64,000 nucleotides of DNA. It comes from Antedon mediterranea (taxonomy: Eukaryota; Animalia; Echinodermata). The notes beneath the pieces are model-generated. The model did no database searches. It saw only the letters and a program-made list of their open reading frames with translations, and was not told where the DNA came from. The number at the start of each line of letters is the position of its first letter. Position 1 is the first letter of the stretch. A program made the position numbers and the translations under genes. Where the stretch lies: contig NC_092679.1 of assembly GCF_964355755.1 (NCBI RefSeq), positions 9,640,201 to 9,704,200 on the forward strand. Direction: 5' to 3'. This document shows positions 26,901 through 40,574 of the stretch, piece by piece.

Positions 26901-29420
26901 ACAAGTTTTTTCGAAAATCACAAAAGAGTCTAAAATATCTCGAAATGCGATTTGAAGCTATTCTAAGCACTTTGGTGTTTTTATGTTAACAAGTTTTTTC
27001 GAAATCACAAAATGGTCTAAAATGTCTCCAAATGCGATTTGAAGCTAATCTTAGCACATTGGTGTTTTTATGTTAACAAGTTTTTTCGAAAATCACAAAA
27101 TGGTCTAAAACGACTCCAAATGCGATTTGAAGCTATTCTGTATACTTTGGTGTTTTTATGTTAACAAGTTTTTTCGAAAATCACAAAATGGTCTAAAACG
27201 TCTCCAAATGCGATTTGAAGCTATTCTAAGCACTTTGGTGTTTTTATGTTAACAAGTTTTTTCGAAAATCACAAAATGGTCTAAAACGTCTCCAAATGCG
27301 ATTTGAAGCTATTCTGTACACTTTGATGTTTTTATGTTAAAAAGTTTTTTCGAAAATCACAAAATGGTCTAAAACGTTTCCGAATGCGATTTGAAGCTAT
27401 TCTGTACACTTTGATGTTTTGTGTGAAAATTTTCTGTCGAAATGCTCAAAATGGTCATAAACGTTTTTAAATACGATATTAAGCTACTTTGTGCTCTTTG
27501 ATGTTTTTGTGTGAAAAGTTTTATCGAAATGCTCAAAATGGTCTAAAACGGTTTCTAATGTGATTTCAAGCACTTTGATGTTTTTGTGTAACCAAGTTTT
27601 TCGAAAATCACAAAATTGTCTAAAACGTCTCCAAATGCGATTTGAAGCTATTCTGTACACTTTGATGTTTTTATGTTAACAAGTTTTTTCGAAAATCACA
27701 AAAGAGTCTAAAATATCTCGAAATGCGATTTGAAGCTATTCTAAGCACTTTAGTGTTTTTATGTTAACAAGTTTTTTCGAAATCACAAAATGGTCTAAAA
27801 TGTCTCCAAATGCGATTTGAAGCTAATCTTAGCACATTGGTGTTTTTATGTTAACAAGTTTTTTCGAAAATCACAAAATGGTCTAAAACGACTCCAAATG
27901 CGATTTGAAGCTATTTTGTATACTTTTGTGTTTTTATGTTAACAAGTTTTTTCGAAAATCACAAAATGGTCTAAAACGTCTCCAATAGCGATTTGAAGCT
28001 TTTCTGTACACTTTGGTGTTTTTATGTTAACAAGTTTTTTCGAAAATCACAAAATGGTCTAAAACGTCTCCAAATGTGATTTGAAGCTATTCTGTACACT
28101 TTGATGTTTTTATGTTAACAAGTTTTTTCGAAAATCACAAAATGGTCTAAAACGTTTCCAAATGCGATTTGAAGCTATTCTGTACACTTTGATGTTTTGT
28201 GTGAACATTTTCTGTCGAAATGCTCAAAATGGTCAAAAACGTTTTTAAATACGATATTAAGCTACTTTGTGCTCTTTGATGTTTTTGTGTGAAATGTTTT
28301 ATCGAAATGCTCAAAATGGTCTAAAACGGTTTCTAATGTGATTTCAAGCACTTTGATGTTTTTGTATAACCAAGTTTTTCGAAAATCACAAAATTGTTTA
28401 AAACGTCCCCAAATGCGATTTGAAGCTATTCTGTACACTTTGATGTTTTTGGGTTAACAAGTTTTTCGAAAATCACAAAATGGTCTAAAACGTCTCCAAA
28501 TGCGATTTTAAGCTATTCTAAGCACTTTGGTGTTTTTATGTTAACAAGTTTTTCGAAAATCACAAAATTGTCTAAAACGTCTCCAAATGCGATTTGAAGC
28601 TATTCTGTACACTTTGATGTTTTTATGTTAACAAGTTTTTCGAAAATCACAAAATGGTCTAAAACGTCTCCAAATGCGATTTTAAACTATTCTAAGCACT
28701 TTGGTGTTTTTATGTTAACAAGTTTTTTCGAAAATCACAAAATGGTCTAAATCGTCTCCAAATGCGATTTGAAGCTATTCTGTACACTTTGATGTTTTTA
28801 TGTTAACAAGTTTTTTCGAAAATCACAAAAGAGTCTAAAATATCTCGAAATGCGATTTGAAGCTAATCTTAGCACATTGGTGTTTTTATGTTAACAAGTT
28901 TTTTCGAAAATCACAAAATGGTCTAAAACGACTCCAAATGCGATTTGAAGCTATTCTGTATACTTTGGTGTTTTTATGTTAACAAGTTTTTTCGAAAATC
29001 ACAAAATGGTCTAAAACGTCTCCAAATGCGATTTGAAGCTATTCTAAGCACTTTGGTGTTTTTATGTTAACAAGTTTTTTCGAAAATCACAAAATGGTCT
29101 AAAACGTCTCCAATAGCGATTTGAAGCTTTTCTGTACACTTTGGTGTTTTTATGTTAACAAGTTTTTTCGAAAATCACAAAATGGTCTAAAACGTCTCCA
29201 AATGCGATTTGAAGCTATTCTGTACACTTTGATGTTTTTATGTTAACAAGTTTTTTCGAAAATCACAAAATGGTCTAAAACGTTTCCAAATGCGATTTGA
29301 AGCTATTCTGTACACTTTGATGTTTTGTGTGAACATTTTCTGTCGAAATGCTCAAAATGGTCAAAAACGTTTTTAAATACGATATTAAGCTACTTTGTGC
29401 TCTTTGATGTTTTTGTGTGA
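23975..29420. repeat. Tandem duplication of a ~2684-bp satellite block (boundaries approximate)
   Basis: Diagnostic variants repeat at offset 2684: CTAAAATGGTTTCT at 24081/26765, GTCCCC at 25721/28405. Confidence 0.88.
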
Positions 29421-32400
29421 AATGTTTTATCGAAATGCTCAAAATGGTCTAAAACGGTTTCTAATGTGATTTCAAGCACTTTGATGTTTTTGTATAACCA
29501 AGTTTTTCGAAAATCACAAAATTGTCTAAAACGTCTCCAAATGCGATTTGAAGCTATTCTGTACACTTTGATGTTTTTGTGTTAACAAGTTTTTTCGAAA
29601 ATCACAAAATGGTCTAAAACGTCTAGAAATGCGATTTGAAGCTATTCTGTACACTTTGATGTTTTTATGTTAAGTTTTTTCGAAAATCACAAAATGGTCT
29701 AAAACTTTTCCAAATGCGATTTGAAACTATTCTGTACACTTTGATGTTTTGTGTGAAAATTTTCTGTCGAAATGCTCAAAATGGTCAAAAACGTTTTTAA
29801 ATACGATATTAAGCTACTTTGTGCTCTTTGATGTTTTTGTCTGAAATGTTTTATCGAAATGCTCAAAATGGTCTAAAACGGTTTCTAATGTGATTTCAAG
29901 CACTTTGATGTTTTTGTGTAACCAAGTTTTTCGAAAAACACAAAATTGTCTAAAACGTCTCCAAATGCGATTTGAAGCTATTCTGTACACTTTGATGTTT
30001 TTATGTTAACAAGTTTTTCGAAAATCACAAAATGGTCTAAAACGTCTCCAAATGCGATTTTAAGCTATTCTAAGCACTTTGGTGTTTTTATGTTAACAAG
30101 TTTTTTTGAAAATCACAAAATGGTCTAAAACGTCTCTAAATGCGATTTGAAGCTTTTCTGTACACTTTGATGTTTTTATGTTAACAACTTTTTTCGAAAA
30201 TCACAAAATGGTCTAAAATGTCTCCAAATGCGATTTGAAGCTATTTTAAGCACTTTGGTGTTTTTATGGAAACAATTTTTTTCGAAAATCACAAAATGCT
30301 CTAAAACGTCTCCAATAGTGATTTGAAGCTTTTCTTTACACTTTGGTGTTTTTATGTTAACAAGTTTTTTCGAAAATCACAAAATGGTCTAAAACGTCTC
30401 CAAATGCGATTTTAAGCTATTCTAAGCACTTTTGTGTTTTTATGTTAACAAGTTTTTTCGAAAATCACAAAATGGTCTAAAACGTCTCTAAATGCGATTT
30501 GAAGCTATTCTGTACACTTTGGTGTTTTTATGTTAACAAGTTTTTTCGAAAATCACAAAATGGTCTAAAACGTCTCCAAATGCGATTTCAATCTATTCTG
30601 TACACTTTGCTGTTTTGTGTGAAAAATGTTTGTCGAAATCCTCAAAATGGTCAAAAACGTTTTTAAATACGATATTAAGCTATTTTGTGCTCTTTGATGT
30701 TTTTGTGTGAAAAGTTTTATCGAAATACTTCAAAATGGTCTAAAACGGTTTGTAATGTGATTTTAAGCACTTTGATGTTTTTGTGTAACCAAGTTTTTTC
30801 GAAAATCACAAAATGGTCTAAAATGTCTCCAAATGCGATTTGAAGCTATTCTAAGCACTTTGGTGTTTTTATGGAAACAATTTTTTTCGAAAATCACAAA
30901 ATGGTCTAAAACGTCTCCAATAGCGATTTGAAGCTTTTCTGTACACTTTGGTGTTTTTATGTTAACAAGTTTTTTCGAAAATCACAAAATGGTCTAAAAC
31001 GTCTCCAAATGCGATTTGAAGCTATTCTGTACACTTTGATGTTTTTATGTTAACAAGTTTTTTAGAAAATCACAAAATGGTCTAAAATGTCTCGAAATGC
31101 GATTTGAAGCTATTCTAAGCACTTTGGTGTTTTTATGTTAACAAGTTTTTTCGAAAATCACAAAATGGTCTAGAACATCTCCAAAAGCGATTTGAAGCTA
31201 TTTTAGGCACTTTGGTGCTTTTGTGTAACCAAGTTTTTTCGAAAATCACGAAATGGTCTAAAACGTCTCCAAATGCGATTTGAAGCTATTCTAAGCACTT
31301 TGGTGTTTTTACGTTAACAAGTTTTTTCGAAAATCACAAAATGGTCTAAAACGTCTCCAAATGCGATTTGAAGCTATTCTAAGCACTTTGGTGTTTTTAT
31401 GTTAACAAGTTTTTTTGAAAATCACAAAATGGTCTAAAACGTCTCCAAATGCGATTTGAAGCTATTTTAAGCACTTTGGTGTTTTTATGTTAACAAGTTT
31501 TTTCGAAAATCACAAAATGGTCTAAAACGTCTCCAAATGCGATTTGAAGCTATTCTAAGCACTTTGGTGTTTTTATGTTAACAAGTTTTTTCGAAAATCA
31601 CAAAACGGTCTAAAACGTCTCCAAATGCGATTTGAAGCTATTCTGTACACTTTGATGTTTTTATGTTAACAAGTTTTTTCAAAAATCACAAAATGGTTTA
31701 AAACGTTTCCAAATGCGATTTGAAGCTATTCTGTACACTTTGATGTTTTGTGTGAAAATTTTCGGTCGAAATGCTCAAAATGGTCAAAAACGTTTTTAAA
31801 TACGATATTAAGCTACTTTGTGCTCTTTGATGTTTTTGTGTGAAAAGTTTTATCGAAATGCTCAAAATGGTCTAAAATGGTTTCTAATGTGATTTCAAGC
31901 ACTTTGATGTTTTTGTGTAACCAAGTTTTTCGAAAATCACAAAATTGTCTAAAACGTCTCCAAATGCGATTTGAAGCTATTCTGTACACTTTGATGTTTT
32001 TATGTTAACAAGTTTTTTCGAAAATCACAAAAGAGTCTAAAATATCTCGAAATGCGATTTGAAGCTATTCTAAGCACTTTGGTGTTTTTATGTTAACAAG
32101 TTTTTTCGAAATCACAAAATGGTCTAAAATGTCTCCAAATGCGATTTGAAGCTAATCTTAGCACATTGGTGTTTTTATGTTAACAAGTTTTTTCGAAAAT
32201 CACAAAATGGTCTAAAACGACTCCAAATGCGATTTGAAGCTATTCTGTATACTTTGGTGTTTTTATGTTAACAAGTTTTTTCGAAAATCACAAAATGGTC
32301 TAAAACGTCTCCAAATGCGATTTGAAGCTATTCTAAGCACTTTGGTGTTTTTATGTTAACAAGTTTTTTCGAAAATCACAAAATGGTCTAAAACGTCTCC

Positions 32401-35400
32401 AAATGCGATTTGAAGCTATTCTGTACACTTTGATGTTTTTATGTTAAAAAGTTTTTTCGAAAATCACAAAATGGTCTAAAACGTTTCCGAATGCGATTTG
32501 AAGCTATTCTGTACACTTTGATGTTTTGTGTGAAAATTTTCTGTCGAAATGCTCAAAATGGTCATAAACGTTTTTAAATACGATATTAAGCTACTTTGTG
32601 CTCTTTGATGTTTTTGTGTGAAAAGTTTTATCGAAATGCTCAAAATGGTCTAAAACGGTTTCTAATGTGATTTCAAGCACTTTGATGTTTTTGTGTAACC
32701 AAGTTTTTCGAAAATCACAAAATTGTCTAAAACGTCTCCAAATGCGATTTGAAGCTATTCTGTACACTTTGATGTTTTTATGTTAACAAGTTTTTTCGAA
32801 AATCACAAAAGAGTCTAAAATATCTCGAAATGCGATTTGAAGCTATTCTAAGCACTTTAGTGTTTTTATGTTAACAAGTTTTTTCGAAATCACAAAATGG
32901 TCTAAAATGTCTCCAAATGCGATTTGAAGCTAATCTTAGCACATTGGTGTTTTTATGTTAACAAGTTTTTTCGAAAATCACAAAATGGTCTAAAACGACT
33001 CCAAATGCGATTTGAAGCTATTTTGTATACTTTTGTGTTTTTATGTTAACAAGTTTTTTCGAAAATCACAAAATGGTCTAAAACGTCTCCAATAGCGATT
33101 TGAAGCTTTTCTGTACACTTTGGTGTTTTTATGTTAACAAGTTTTTTCGAAAATCACAAAATGGTCTAAAACGTCTCCAAATGTGATTTGAAGCTATTCT
33201 GTACACTTTGATGTTTTTATGTTAACAAGTTTTTTCGAAAATCACAAAATGGTCTAAAACGTTTCCAAATGCGATTTGAAGCTATTCTGTACACTTTGAT
33301 GTTTTGTGTGAACATTTTCTGTCGAAATGCTCAAAATGGTCAAAAACGTTTTTAAATACGATATTAAGCTACTTTGTGCTCTTTGATGTTTTTGTGTGAA
33401 ATGTTTTATCGAAATGCTCAAAATGGTCTAAAACGGTTTCTAATGTGATTTCAAGCACTTTGATGTTTTTGTATAACCAAGTTTTTCGAAAATCACAAAA
33501 TTGTTTAAAACGTCCCCAAATGCGATTTGAAGCTATTCTGTACACTTTGATGTTTTTGGGTTAACAAGTTTTTCGAAAATCACAAAATGGTCTAAAACGT
33601 CTCCAAATGCGATTTTAAGCTATTCTAAGCACTTTGGTGTTTTTATGTTAACAAGTTTTTCGAAAATCACAAAATTGTCTAAAACGTCTCCAAATGCGAT
33701 TTGAAGCTATTCTGTACACTTTGATGTTTTTATGTTAACAAGTTTTTCGAAAATCACAAAATGGTCTAAAACGTCTTCAAATGCGATTTTAAACTATTCT
33801 AAGCACTTTGGTGTTTTTATGTTAACAAGTTTTTTTGAAAATCACAAAATGGTCTAAAACGTCTCTAAATGCGATTTGAAGCTATTCAGTACACTTTGAT
33901 GTTTTTATGTTAACAAGTTTTTCGAAAATCACAAAATGGTCTAAAACGTCTCCAAATGCGATTTTAAGCTATTCTAAGCACTTTGGTGTTTTTATGTTAA
34001 CAAGTTTTTTTGAAAATCACAAAATCGTCTAAAACGTCTCTAAATGCGATTTGAAGCTTTTCTGTACACTTTGATGTTTTTAAGTTAACAACTTTTTTCG
34101 AAAATCACAAAATGGTCTAAAATGTCTCCAAAATGCGATTTGAAGCTATTCTAAGCACTTTGGTGTTTTTATGGAAACAATTTTTTTCGAAAATCACAAA
34201 ATGGTCTAAAACGTCTCCAATAGCGATTTGAAGCTTTTCTGTACACTTTGGTGTTTTTATGTTAACAAGTTTTTTCGAAAATCACAAAATGGTCTAAAAC
34301 GTCTACAAATGCGATTTGAAGCTATTCTGTACACTTTGATGTTTTTATGTTAAGTTTTTTCGAAAATCACAAAATGGTCTAAAACTTTTCCAAATGCGAT
34401 TTGAAGCTATTCTGTACACTTTGATGTTTTGTGTGAAAATTTTCTGTCGAAATGCTCAAAATGGTCAAAAACGTTTTTAAATACGATATTAAGCTACTTT
34501 GTGCTCTTTGATGTTTTTGTCTGAAATGTTTTATCGAAATGCTCAAAATGGTCTAAAACGGTTTCTAATGTGATTTCAAGCACTTTGATGTTTTTGTGTA
34601 ACCAAGTTTTTCGAAAAACACAAAATTGTCTAAAACGTCTCCAAATGCGATTTGAAGCTATTCTGTACACTTTGATGTTTTTATGTTAACAAGTTTTTCG
34701 AAAATCACAAAATGGTCTAAAACGTCTCCAAATGCGATTTTAAGCTATTCTAAGCACTTTGGTGTTTTTATGTTAACAAGTTTTTTTGAAAATCACAAAA
34801 TGGTCTAAAACGTCTACAAATGCGATTTGAAGCTATTCTAAGCACTTTTGTGTTTTTATGTTAACAAGTTTTTTCGAAAATCACAAAATGGTCTAAAACG
34901 TCTACAAATGCGATTTGAAGCTATTCTAAGCACTTTGGTGTTTTTATGTTAACAGTTTTTTCGAAAATCACAAAATGGTCTAAAACGTCTCCAAATGCGA
35001 TTTGAAGCTATTCTGTACACTTTGATGTTTTTATGGTAACAAGTTTTTTAGAAAATCACAAAATGGTCTAAAACGTTTCCAAATGCGATTTGAAGTTATT
35101 CTGTACACTTTGATGTTTTGTGTGAAAATTTTCTGTCGAAATGCTCAAAATGGTCAAAAACGTTTTTAAATACGATATTAAGCTACTTTGTGCTCTTTGA
35201 TGTTTTTGTGTGAAAAGTTTTATCGAAATGCTCAAAATGGTCTAAAACGGTTTCTAATGTGATTTCAAGCACTTTGATGTTTTTGTATAACCAAGTTTTT
35301 CGAAAATCACAAAATTGTTTAAAACGTCCCCAAATGCGATTTGAAGCTATTCTGTACACTTTGATGTTTTTGGGTTAACAAGTTTTTCGAAAATCACAAT

Positions 35401-38400
35401 GGTCTAAAACGTCTCCAAATGCGATTTTAAGCTATTCTAAGCACTTTGGTGTTTTTATGTTAACAAGTTTTTCGAAAATCACAAAATTGTCTAAAACGTC
35501 TCCAAATGCGATTTGAAGCTATTCTGTACACTTTGATGTTTTTATGTTAACAAGTTTTTCGAAAATCACAAAATGGTCTAAAACGTCTCCAAATGCGATT
35601 TTAAACTATTCTAAGCACTTTGGTGTTTTTATGTTAACAAGTTTTTTTGAAAATCACAAAATGGTCTAAAACGTCTCTAAATGCGATTTGAAGCTATTCA
35701 GTACACTTTGATGTTTTTATGTTAACAAGTTTTTCGAAAATCACAAAATGGTCTAAAACGTCTCCAAATGCGATTTTAAGCTATTCTAAGCACTTTGGTG
35801 TTTTTATGTTAACAAGTTTTTTTGAAAATCACAAAATCGTCTAAAACGTCTCTAAATGCGATTTGAAGCTTTTCTGTACACTTTGATGTTTTTAAGTTAA
35901 CAACTTTTTTCGAAAATCACAAAATGGTCTAAAATGTCTCCAAAATGCGATTTGAAGCTATTCTAAGCACTTTGGTGTTTTTATGGAAACAATTTTTTTC
36001 GAAAATCACAAAATGGTCTAAAACGTCTCCAATAGCGATTTGAAGCTTTTCTGTACACTTTGGTGTTTTTATGTTAACAAGTTTTTTCGAAAATCACAAA
36101 ATGGTCTAAAACGTCTACAAATGCGATTTGAAGCTATTCTGTACACTTTGATGTTTTTATGTTAAGTTTTTTCGAAAATCACAAAATGGTCTAAAACTTT
36201 TCCAAATGCGATTTGAAGCTATTCTGTACACTTTGATGTTTTGTGTGAAAATTTTCTGTCGAAATGCTCAAAATGGTCAAAAACGTTTTTAAATACGATA
36301 TTAAGCTACTTTGTGCTCTTTGATGTTTTTGTCTGAAATGTTTTATCGAAATGCTCAAAATGGTCTAAAACGGTTTCTAATGTGATTTCAAGCACTTTGA
36401 TGTTTTTGTGTAACCAAGTTTTTCGAAAAACACAAAATTGTCTAAAACGTCTCCAAATGCGATTTGAAGCTATTCTGTACACTTTGATGTTTTTATGTTA
36501 ACAAGTTTTTCGAAAATCACAAAATGGTCTAAAACGTCTCCAAATGCGATTTTAAGCTATTCTAAGCACTTTGGTGTTTTTATGTTAACAAGTTTTTTTG
36601 AAAATCACAAAATGGTCTAAAACGTCTCTAAATGCGATTTGAAGCTTTTCTGTACACTTTGATGTTTTTATGTTAACAACTTTTTTCGAAAATCACAAAA
36701 TGGTCTAAAATGTCTCCAAATGCGATTTGAAGCTATTTTAAGCACTTTGGTGTTTTTATGGAAACAATTTTTTTCGAAAATCACAAAATGCTCTAAAACG
36801 TCTCCAATAGTGATTTGAAGCTTTTCTTTACACTTTGGTGTTTTTATGTTAACAAGTTTTTTCGAAAATCACAAAATGGTCTAAAACGTCTCCAAATGCG
36901 ATTTTAAGCTATTCTAAGCACTTTTGTGTTTTTATGTTAACAAGTTTTTTCGAAAATCACAAAATGGTCTAAAACGTCTCTAAATGCGATTTGAAGCTAT
37001 TCTGTACACTTTGGTGTTTTTATGTTAACAAGTTTTTTCGAAAATCACAAAATGGTCTAAAACGTCTCCAAATGCGATTTCAATCTATTCTGTACACTTT
37101 GCTGTTTTGTGTGAAAAATGTTTGTCGAAATCCTCAAAATGGTCAAAAACGTTTTTAAATACGATATTAAGCTATTTTGTGCTCTTTGATGTTTTTGTGT
37201 GAAAAGTTTTATCGAAATACTTCAAAATGGTCTAAAACGGTTTGTAATGTGATTTTAAGCACTTTGATGTTTTTGTGTAACCAAGTTTTTTCGAAAATCA
37301 CAAAATGGTCTAAAATGTCTCCAAATGCGATTTGAAGCTATTCTAAGCACTTTGGTGTTTTTATGGAAACAATTTTTTTCGAAAATCACAAAATGGTCTA
37401 AAACGTCTCCAATAGCGATTTGAAGCTTTTCTGTACACTTTGGTGTTTTTATGTTAACAAGTTTTTTCGAAAATCACAAAATGGTCTAAAACGTCTCCAA
37501 ATGCGATTTGAAGCTATTCTGTACACTTTGATGTTTTTATGTTAACAAGTTTTTTAGAAAATCACAAAATGGTCTAAAATGTCTCGAAATGCGATTTGAA
37601 GCTATTCTAAGCACTTTGGTGTTTTTATGTTAACAAGTTTTTTCGAAAATCACAAAATGGTCTAGAACATCTCCAAAAGCGATTTGAAGCTATTTTAGGC
37701 ACTTTGGTGCTTTTGTGTAACCAAGTTTTTTCGAAAATCACGAAATGGTCTAAAACGTCTCCAAATGCGATTTGAAGCTATTCTAAGCACTTTGGTGTTT
37801 TTACGTTAACAAGTTTTTTCGAAAATCACAAAATGGTCTAAAACGTCTCCAAATGCGATTTGAAGCTATTCTAAGCACTTTGGTGTTTTTATGTTAACAA
37901 GTTTTTTTGAAAATCACAAAATGGTCTAAAACGTCTCCAAATGCGATTTGAAGCTATTTAAAGCACTTTGGTGTTTTTGTATTAACAAGTTTTTTCGAAA
38001 ATCACAAAAGGGTCTAAAATGTCTAAACATGCGATTTGAAGCTATTCTAAGCACTTTTGTGTTTTTATGTTAACAAGTTTTTTCGAAAATCACAAAATGG
38101 TCTAAAACGTTTCCAAATGCGATTTGAAGCTATTCTGTACACTTTGATGTTTTGTGTGAAAATTTTCTGTCGAAATGCTCAAAATGGTCAAAAACGTTTT
38201 TAAATACGATATTAAGCTACTTTGTGCTCTTTGATGTTTTTTGTGAAATGTTTTATCGAAATGCTCAAAATGGTCTAAAACGGTTTCTAATGTGATTTCA
38301 AGCACTTTGATGTTTTTGTGTAACCAAGTTTTTCGAAAATCACAAAATTGTCTAAAACGTCTCCAAATGCGATTTGAAGCTTTTCTGTACACTTTGATGT

Positions 38401-40574
38401 TTTTATGTTAACAAGTTTTTCGAAAATCACAAAATGGTCTAAAACGTCTCCAAATGCGATTTTAAGCTATTCTAAGCACTTTGGTGTTTTTATGTTAACA
38501 AGTTTTTTTAAAAATCACAAAATGGTCTAAAACGTCTCTAAATGCGATTTGAAGCTTTTCTGTACACTTTGATGTTTTTATGTTAACAACTTTTTTCGAA
38601 AATCACAAAATGGTCTAAAATGTCTCCAAATGCGATTTGAAGCTATTATAAGCACTTTGGTGTTTTTATGGAAACAATTTTTTTCGAAAATCACAAAATG
38701 GTCTAAAACGTCTCCAATAGCGATTTGAAGCTTTTCTGTACACTTTGGTGTTTTTATGTTAACAAGTTTTTTCGAAAATCACAAAATGGTCTAAAACGTC
38801 TCCAAATGCGATTTGAAGCTATTCTAAGCACTTTTGTGTTTTTATGTTAACAAGTTTTTTCGAAAATCACAAAATGGTCTAAAACGTCTGCAAATGCGAT
38901 TTGAAGTTATTCTTAGCACATTGGTGTTTTTATTTAAACAAATTTTTTCGAAACTCACAAAATGGTCTAAAACGTCTCCAAATGCGATTTGAAGCTATTT
39001 TAAGCACTTTGGTGTTTTTGTGTAACCAAGTTTTTTCGAAAATCACAAAATGGTCTAAAATGTCTCCAAATGCGATTTGAAGCTTTTCTGTACACTTTGG
39101 TGTTTTTATGTTAACATCTTTTTTCGAAAATCACAAAATGGTCTAAAACGTCTCCAAATAAGATTTGAAGCTATTCTGTACACTTTGATGTTTTTATGTT
39201 AACAAGTTTTTTATAAAATCACAAAATGGTCTAAAACGTCTCCAAATGCGATTTGAAGCTATTCTGTACACTTTGATGTTTTTATGTTAACAAGTTTTTT
39301 CGAAAATCACAAAAGGGTCTAAAATGTCTCCAAATGCGATTTGAAGCTATTTTAAGCACTTTGGTGTTTTTATGTTAACTAGTTTTTTCGAAAATCACAA
39401 AATGGTCTAAAACGTCTCCAAATGTGATTTGAAGCTATTCTAAGCACTTTGGTGTTTTTATGTTAACAGTTTTTTCGAAAATCACAAAATGGTCTAAAAC
39501 GTTTCCAAATGCGATTTGAAGCTATTCTGTACACTTTGATGTTTTTATGGTAACAAGTCTTTTAGAAAATCACAAAATGGTCTAAAACATCTCCAAATGC
39601 GATTTAAAGCTATTTTAAGCACTTTTGTGTTTTTGTGTAACCAAGTTTTTTCGAAAATCACAAAAGGGTCTAAAATGTCTCTAAATGCGATTTGAAGCTA
39701 CTCTAAGCACTTTGGTGTTTTTATGTTAACAAGTTTTTTTCGAAAATCAATAAATGGTCTAAAATGTCTCCAAATGCGATTTGAAGCTATTCTGTACACT
39801 TTGCTGTTTTGTGTGAAAAATGTTTGTCGAAATCCTCAAAATGGTCAAAAACGTTTTTAAATACGATATTAAGCTATTTTGTGCTCTTTGATGTTTTTGT
39901 GTGAAAAGTTTTATCGAAATACTCAAAATGGTCTAAAACGGTTTCTAATGTGATTTTAAGCACTTTGATGTTTTTGTGTAACCAAGTTTTTTCGAAAATC
40001 ACAAAATGGTCTAAAATGTCTCCAAATGCGATTTGAAGCTTTTCTGTACACTTTGGTGTTTTTATGTTAACATGTTTTTTCGAAAATCACAAAATCGTCT
40101 AAAACGTCTCCAAATGCGATTTGAAGCTATTCTGTACACTTTGATGTTTTTATGTTAACAAGTTTTTTATAAAATCACAAAAGGGTCTAAAATGTCTCGA
40201 AATGCGATTTGAAGCTATTCTAAGCACTTTGGTGTTTTTATGTTAACAAGTTTTTTCGAAAATCACAAAATGGTCTTAAACGTCTCCAAATGCGATTTGA
40301 AGCTATTCTAAGCACTTTGGTGTTTTTATGTTAACAAGTTTTTTTCGAAAATCACAAAATGGTCTAAAACGTCTCCAAATGCGATTTGAAGCTATTTTAA
40401 GCACTTTGGTGCTTTTGTGTAACCAAGTTTTTTCGAAAATCACGAAATGGTCTAAAACGTCTCCAAATGCGATTTGAAGCTATTCTAAGCACTTTGGTGT
40501 TTTTACGTTAACAAGTTTTTTCGAAATTCACAAAATGGTCTAAAACGTCTCCAAATGCGATTTGAAGCTATTTT

